NCBI GenBank assembly: GCA_040182905.1
Contig: JARQWU010000061.1
Span: 1 to 43,436 of the forward strand
DNA length: 43,436 bases
Reading direction: 5' to 3'
Origin: Barthelona sp. PAP020
Taxonomy: Eukaryota
In this document: positions 24,901 through 33,900 of the stretch, piece after piece
Layout of the letters: every line of letters starts with the position of its first letter
Numbering within the stretch: position 1 is the first letter of the stretch
Made by a program: the position numbers and the translations under genes
The notes under the pieces: model-generated
Told to the model about the DNA's origin: nothing
The model's input: only the letters and a program-made list of their open reading frames with translations
Database searches by the model: none

Positions 24901-27900
24901 TTGGAGAAAATAGTACTTTGTTCTATTATCAAGGGAACTTCATGATTGATACAACATTGAGTAATCTTGTGACTACTTTTATGAAGGGTTCTCAATGGAA
25001 TATTTATCAAAATGCAATTTTGACCATTAAATCTTCCGTTAAATCATTTACTCTTGATAATTCTAACTGTGAAAGCTGCAATTTACAAGTTGCTGACAGT
25101 GCTTCAATTGAAATTTATACTACAACAATCTTTAATGTTCCAACAATGGTTATCGACAGTGCTAATATTCATGTTATGACAAATGTTGTCAGTCGCATTG
25201 ATGATGAATTTATTGTGAATAAGGATGCTTCTATTATATTAGAAGCTGGTTCTCAATTACAAATAACTGGTACTGTTATTGTATATGGAATGATTAAGGG
25301 TGAAGGTACTGTTAAGATAATCAATGGTGGTTTGTTGAAACTATATGGTGAATCTGAAGAGAACATTCATTTTATTGTTGACAATGGTGAATTTATCATT
25401 GAAGAAAGTGCTGTTTGTTCTAATTTGAATTTGCACAACAATAATAACGGTGAAACTACAATTAAAGGTTTAGTTAATGGTGTTACGAATATTGTTACAA
25501 GTGGTAAGTTAGAATTTAATTCTACAGCTGTTGTAAAATGTGTTGATACGATTGTTTCTACTGGTTATACCATTTTGTATAATGAATCTACTGTATTTAT
25601 TGTTGATTCTATTGTTACTGTTTCTGCAAACACTTTTATCATTGAGAAAGATGTTATTTTAAGTAGTGAGAATGTTAGTTTAATTGTTAATGGTGGTAAT
25701 TTGATTATTTATCATACTCTAACACATTACATTTACTCTGTTAAATTATCCAGTGGTAGTTTATCGTTCCTTGGTGACTTCAGTTATGTTTTATATGTTC
25801 ATGAATATACTCAAACTAATGGTAAGTTATTGGGTAGTCAATCCATTGAAATCACTGTTGATGGTAGTTGGTATGGTGGTTACATTCAACATATGCATGT
25901 TGAAATTAGGAACACTTTTGAGATTAAGGGTACTATTTATTTAGGAGGAATTGAAGATTCACACGAATTTATTACTCAAGAAACCAGTATTTTGACTCAA
26001 TTGAATGGTTATTTGAGAGTTCTTGAAAGTACCACTGTAACAAATAATGGTAAATGGATTATGGACACTACTAAAGGACCAAGTTACATTCAAGCATATT
26101 CTGGAAGTCCCAGATTTATTCAAAACAAACTTTTTGAAAAGATGAACACAGGTAATATTTATGGTACTTTAGCCATTGATGCAGTTTTTACGGAAACTTC
26201 TGTTACGACAGTGAGATTAATTTACATTACATCTGATTTTGTTTTCGATGATCAAGCTATATTTGATGTTGAAGACACTGTTGATGCCAAAACCACATCT
26301 AATTTGAATTTCACAAAAGGATCAAAGTTAATTGGTAAAAAGAATTTGATTATTCGTGGTCATGCTGAATTTGCCAATACAATTCAACTGATGGGATACA
26401 TTAGTGTTTATGGAAGTGTTGCAAATGCTAGAATTAATGATAATTCAATCTGTTTAGAGTGTAATTTGAAAGTTACCTACGGTAAGATTATTTTCAAGAA
26501 TACTGTTGAAAAACAAGGTCATTTTAACACGACTCTTGAACAATATTCGAGTTCTACTGTTGAAATTGAGGAAAATGCTGTGATTTCTTTGATGAAGATT
26601 CAAATGACTTCATCAACTCTTGAAATGCTTGGTTCAGCCACTTTGAATCTTAATAATTCAATTATTTCCTCTTTGAATTCTAAATTATTGTTAAATGGTA
26701 GTCTTGGTGATGAACATATTGATAATGTTAGGATTGAAAGGACTTTACTGCAATTGAATGGTATTACCGATATGAAAATTTCATTTGTTGAAGCTTTAGC
26801 AGGTGAGATCGATGTTACTATTGATTCTCAAATGCATGTCAAAATGGGTGAATTTAAGAATAAAGTTATTAAGTCCAACAAGGGACCAATTGAATTCATA
26901 AACGTTGATTTGTATGAAGCTGAAATTAAAGAAGGAACAATTACTGTTATTGAAAAGTCTCAATCTATCACTGCAAGTGAAGTGTTTATTAATACTAATT
27001 TAACAACGAATATTTGGGTATCTAAAGAAAATAGTGTTACTTCATCAATTATTGGAAAGATTGTCAGTATTAACAGTTTCTTTGAAGAAGGATCTCAATT
27101 TATTTTAAGACCTGATAATTCTGAAGAAGAAGAAGTAGCCGAGCCTATTTTCTTGTCAAAGGAAAGTACAATATCTTCTGGCACATCAACCAATGAAATT
27201 CTTTTTTATTGGAAGTTCGTTGACAAAAATGTATTCAATGGATGTAACATTAGATTATTTAATGGTCATCTCTATAATGAAGTGAACATTGCAAAGGATT
27301 GTAAGGTTACTTCAATGCAAAATATCACTTTGTACAATGAAACAAAATTGAGTGGAGAAGGACAATTACAAGCTTTAGATTCAAGTTATATTCGAATTCA
27401 AGGATATGTTGAAATGTTGGGTAACGTTTACAGTGAAGATCAAAGTGACATTATTTTTGAAAATTCAACTATTGCAAACGTGACTGTTGCTGCTAAACAA
27501 TCCAATATTTTAATTGATAGTGATTGCGAAGTTGATTATATCGGTATTATCGTATATTATAAGGGTATTATTAATTATGAAGCAAAGAAATCACATCAAT
27601 TGGCAAAAACAACTTTACTGTTGATTGAGTTATATGATGGTGTCGTTCAATTTGATAATGTTGAGATGGTCTGGCATAAGACTAATGTTTATGTTGAAGG
27701 CAATCTTGCTAAACTCATGGTTTTATCTGGTATGTATGAAGGAGAGGATGTTTCATTTGAAATCAACTCTGGATTGGTATATATTGCTGAAAATGTTGAA
27801 AATAAGTACAATTGTATTAATTTGGTAATTAATGGTGGTGAATTTGATTTTAATGGCAACAACAAACTAATTTGTACCAATTTAATTTTGGATAATAATG

Positions 27901-30900
27901 GAATTAAATCTGGTACCACTGACATTCATTCTTTGAATGCTGAATTGATTTCTGGTACATTACAAGGTAATTCAGTGACTGTCATTAATGAAACGCTCAG
28001 TTTACCCGACAGTAAAATCATTGTTTCTGCAGAACATATTTTAATGAATGATGGTCAGGCTACTTTCTCTTCTGGTTTCATTAAGATGGATAGAAAATCT
28101 AAATTGATTAATACTGTTGAAGGAATATTTATTCTGAATGGTGGGTCAATTAAATCATTGGTAAGTGAAGAAAATCCAGAATTTATCAATTATGGTGAAT
28201 TAATCAAACAAGGTACTGATATTGTTGATGTTGAAGTATTATTAGTTAATGAATATGAAGCTCTCATCTATGTTAAAGAAGGAGGATTTAAAATTTCTTT
28301 GGATTCTTCAAACAATGGAACTGTTTTATTAGATGATAACACTTCATTGTTGTTGAATGGTGAGTTCAGTTTCTTAACAAAGTCTACGATTGTTGGAAAT
28401 GTTTCTTCAACCATTTATGTTCAAACTTCCAAGGCTTTCATTGCTTTAGGAGGTATTATTGATCACGATGGTGATTTTATAATTGAAGATGGTGAAATGA
28501 ATGTTACTGTGTCTGCTCAATTAAAAACAATGAATTTGATATCTGAAGGAGGTAAAACAATGATTTTACGTGGTGCAAATGTTCCTTCGATGACTTTACT
28601 TGTCAATGATGGTGAAGTTATTTTCAAGACAGGTTGTATTATTAATGGTTTATCAAAGATTACTGAAAATGGTGGTTTCCTTCTCTTTGAAGCTGAAACT
28701 AGTTTTGTAGTTGATAATCTTGAATTTGTTATGACTGGTGGTCATGCTTTATTCGCTGAAAATGCTAAATCCATTTTAACCAATGCCGTTTTCGATATTT
28801 CGAGTGGAATGGTGATTTTTGCCAACAACAGTTTTACTACATTAAGTTTCACCAAACTTATTGTTCAAAATAATGGTGTTTTGAATGTTACTGATGAAGA
28901 TATTGTGTCTGTTAATTTAATGCAAATTCTATCTGAGGGTAGAATAAATGGAGGTCTTTTTGAAATGACTAAAGCTGTTTATGGGTTATCATATGTCGCT
29001 AATGTTGAAATGAATGTTATTGATGTTATGATAAATAATCAATTGACCTTGGAAGAAAGTTCAATTAAAATCAGCAATTCTGCTAAGATTTATGAAGAAG
29101 GTGGTATCAAACTTGATTGTCAATCTATTCTTACTTTTGATGGATCTTTGGATATTGTTGGAAATGGTTCCATTGAATCCACTGAAAAATGTCCCAATGA
29201 AAACCATCAAGTGATTTTGGGAGGAAAAACAAAGATATCTGAGGAGTTTACCTTTAATATTAATCTTTTCCTTGCTAAAACTTCTGATTTGTTAGCTTCT
29301 GATATCATTCATTTCAATGGTAGAACTGTTGTTAATGGTATTATTTATATCAATCCTATTGTTCTAATTTGGGGAGGTAAGATTATTAATGGTGGATATA
29401 TGTACTTCAATGACAGTACGATAACCATTCTTGGTGGATTTGAAAACGAAGGAAAGATGATCTTCAATGAAAATTCAATATTAGATGTACGTGTTAATAT
29501 GAAAAATAAAGAAAACGCAACCTTAGAAATCTATGGTTTGGTTAAATCAACAGAAACTGCAGGTAAAATGTACAATGATGGTTTTATGCTATTTGAAAAA
29601 ACTGACTTAAACATTACAGATATTGAAAATAGCAATACTGGTGTATTATTCTTCATTAATTGTATTGACGTTATTGATTATTTGACTCTCATTAATTCAG
29701 GCAATGTGTTAATTAATAATTCAGATATTCATGCTGTAAATCTTACAACAACAGGAGGAGATATCATTATTGACAACAGTAACGTTAGCTATTCTTTGTT
29801 ATATACTTTTGAGGATACAAAGCTTGTCTTATCCAATTATACGATTATGAAAGTTAATGAAAACGTTATTTTTAACAATTCAAATGTTGTTGTTTCAGAT
29901 GGATCATTTATTGATTTCGAAGTTGGTAATTTACAACTTATCAATTCTAATTTATATGTTTCTGAAGATTCTATGACTCAATTCTTGGTTACTAAACGTT
30001 TGGATCTCATTAACTCTTCAATTGTTTTAAAACAAGGTTCAATTGATGAATTTTATGTGAATGAAATTTCTCTTAATAATTCAACGTTAATGATTGAGTC
30101 ATTAGGTGAAAAACAAGAGTTTGCTCATGTTTACACAGTGACTTTCACCAATAACAGTACTTTTGATCATAATATCACTGTTCGTATTGATACTGCTTAT
30201 TTATATGATGGACATCTTGAAAGTAATGGAACAACCATTGTTATCAATGATTATCATGGTTCTGTATTAGTTGCTCCTGAACATACATTTATTGTTACAA
30301 ATAAATTTGAATTGATTGCCAACTTTGTTATGAGTTGTGGTTCTAGTTTTACCCTTGAATCAGATGCTTCACTAGTCTTAGGTTCTGGTGTTGGAATTGT
30401 TCCTATTGAAGATTGTCCCGCTAAATTTATCAATTATGGTACTATTATTAAGAATGATAATGGTGATAAGTCATTCATTTCAGTTGATTTGGTTAATCAT
30501 GGGTTGATTGACATTCAACAAGGTGAAATGGATTTGAACAAGGAAGTTGAAATTAATCATGGTAATGTTGAAGTTGTTGGTGTTCTTAATTTGTTTGGAA
30601 ACGTTGTTATTTCTGAAGGATCTATTTTTGAAAGTAAAGACACTGGTATTATTAATGTTCAAAATAATTTGACCAACAACGGTTCTTTGAAAGGAACAGT
30701 TGAAGTATTTGAAGATTGTAACATGTACATTCTTGAAGGTGGTACAGTTTTGAAGTTGGAAGATATCACAATCATTAATCATGGTCTAATACACATGAAA
30801 GGATATGCTGATGATGTAATCATTGAAAATTACAAGAATCTTATGATGAATGCAAATATTGATGATATCACCATCAATAATTATGACGGTATTGTTGAAG

Positions 30901-33900
30901 ATCTTTCAATTATTGACGATTTAATACTCAACATGCATGGAGGAGAATATTACCAAAAGCATAATGATGTTTCAATCAATAATTTAATCCTTGCAATAGA
31001 ATACGGTACTATGACTTTTAATGGTACTGTTAAAACTGGTGAGATCACTAGTTCAGCTAAGAAAGCCAGTTATATTAATATGAACGGTATTATTACATTG
31101 AACAAGTTCAATTGTAATCCAAAGACTATTTTAACAACTTCAATTGAATCTATCATTTCAATCACTTATCTTGACAATGAAGGTACAATCCATTCTTCAA
31201 GTAACAGAGTCTATATCACCAGATATGTACATTATAATGGCTATAGTAGTTTTAATAATGCTACTATTGATGAATTGATACAAATTGATTCTGAAATCGT
31301 TGTTACCAATTTGATTAGTCAAGTTAAAGGTATTCATGTCAATAACGGTTCATTTACTTGTGATAATTGTAAGGTTAGTTACTTTACTATTGAAGAGGGT
31401 GAATTGTCAATGAATGGTGTTGTTAACACATTAGAGTTTGGTCTTGAATATCCTATTCCACCAACAAATATGGTTGATATTTCTTCTGTATTGCCTAATA
31501 TCAAATTGACTCATTTGAATCTTCAGTTAACTCATATGATTGGTACTGATAGTGTTTATGTCATTTCTACAGATGATGTTTACATCAAAATGACTAACTT
31601 TATCATCAATTCCAATCTTTTCATATACAGTGAATCGTCTTCAACTGTAAACGGTGTTTTAGATGTTGTATCTCTTTCTATCAATGAAGGTTACAGTTCT
31701 ATTATAAATATGAACGTGTATGTCAGTGGAAATGTTAATGCACGTGGTGTTTTGCAAGTTGGTTGGTTAAGCTTTGGTGAGACAAGCCATCTTAATTTGA
31801 TTGGTGGAAGTTTTGGTTTATTGTCACAACGATTAGATATCAATTCCACTCAATATTTGAATGGTTATGGTAGTATTATTGGTGACGTCATCATTGGTGG
31901 TATATTAGTTGTTGAATCTCCTTCAATTACCATATATGGTGAGGTTATTTTTGAAACAACAGCTGTTTTGGAATTGGACATGTCTATTGATGATCTTGCT
32001 AATAAAGAAACAACTCCTCTTTATGTTAAATCTGATGTCACTATTAATGGTGAGCTATTAATAGATTTTGTGTACAATCAAACAGTTAAACAAGGTACTG
32101 AATTCCTTTTAATGGAATATAAAGGATTAACAACAAATACAAAGTTTGTTGCTGATATTGAAGATGAATATGCAATTGAAATTCGTTATGAAGATGAACG
32201 GATGATAGCTTTCGTGACTGGAGATATTACAAAGGGAGAATTATCAGGATACTATTTGGCTGTTTCGAGTGGTAAAGATTCCGACACTTGTGGAGCTCCA
32301 TCTAATCCATGTAAGACATTCAAATTCATTTACAATACATTATTATCTGGGCAAAAGACAGCTAGTGTAATCATTGTTGAAGATATTTATGATAAGAGTG
32401 GATACATATTTGGAGTTAATAAGAACAAATGTTTTGTTACAATTGTTGGTTTAATTCAAAATGGTAGAAGACCTCATATTGAAGGAGTCTTGTTATCAAC
32501 TAGAAATACCAATATTGCTTTCAAAGACATAATATTTGACAATTTCAATCGTGCTGCAATTTTCCAAAGTAATGCTGAATACACGCTTACCAATTGTGAT
32601 TTTTTCAATTGTATTATTGTTCAAACATTGAGCAATGGTAATATTATAATGAATAATGTTTATTTGGAAGAATGTAGTTTCAAGCCCACTTATGGTTCAG
32701 TTACAGCTAAAAATCTTGTCTATTCTCATACTACCAAACCTTTTGAAATATCAAGAAAGAATGTATTTTATGTTGATGGTTTGAAGATTACCAACCATCC
32801 CAAAACAAAACCAATCACTATTCTCAATCAAATTAGTTCATATGGAGATAAATCCATTATTAAAAATTTGGTTATTGAGTGTGAAACTACAATTGATGTG
32901 AGTCGTTCTTATCTTGATATTGTCAATGCTAATATGCCAAATGTTGACATGATACTTGGTTTTGAAACTGACCTAAACATCAATCAAACAGACCTTAACA
33001 AAATCAAGGCAATTGTGACTGAATACGATGACTGTAATATCATATTCACTGATTGTTATTTAAAGGATGTTGAGATTAATCGTGAAATTATTCAAGTTTC
33101 CAAGATTTCCAACTTTATCTTTATCAATTTGGAAATTACTAATGTTGTATTTAATGTGGAATGGCTCTCTATTTCCAAGAGCACTGATAATCAAATTTTA
33201 TTATTCAACAATGTTGTTGTTAAAAATGTTGAAGGTTCTTCTCTCATTGTTTTGAAAGATTTCTCTAAATACATTGATTTCAGCATTGTTAATAGTAACT
33301 TCAATGATATTGCTCTTACCAATACAAACTTATTCAAATTTGAAAGTTGTGACCAAGTAAAGTTAACAATTTCCAATACTGAGTTCAATAACGTTAGATC
33401 TAATGTATTGGGTGTTGTTTTCCATGCAAGTAATATCTATAGCCTTAATATTGACAATACCAAATTCTTGAATTGTGAATCCACTTCTGGTGGAGCATTT
33501 GTTGTCACTCAACTGTTCGACATGTCAAATGTATTATTTGAGAATAATGTTGCACATAATATCGGTGGTGGTTTCGCCATATTGCTTGATGATGATTCTG
33601 AGAACATTCAACAGGAATATGAATCTTCATTCAAGCAAAAGTATGCAAATGAATGGAAGAACATTCAATGTAGAGGTAATAAAGCAAAGATTGGTGGTTG
33701 TGGTTTCATCAACACAATTAAATTACCTGTACTAACTGATTTTGTTGATGCATTAGGTAATTCTGCTGAAATCTATGGTGATTTGTTTGCTACCGATAAC
33801 AGAAACAATTTGGTTAATCTCACAAAGTATGAACCTGATGATACCACAATGAACCCTTATTATGGTTTTAACTTTACAATTGTTGATGCCTATAACAATA

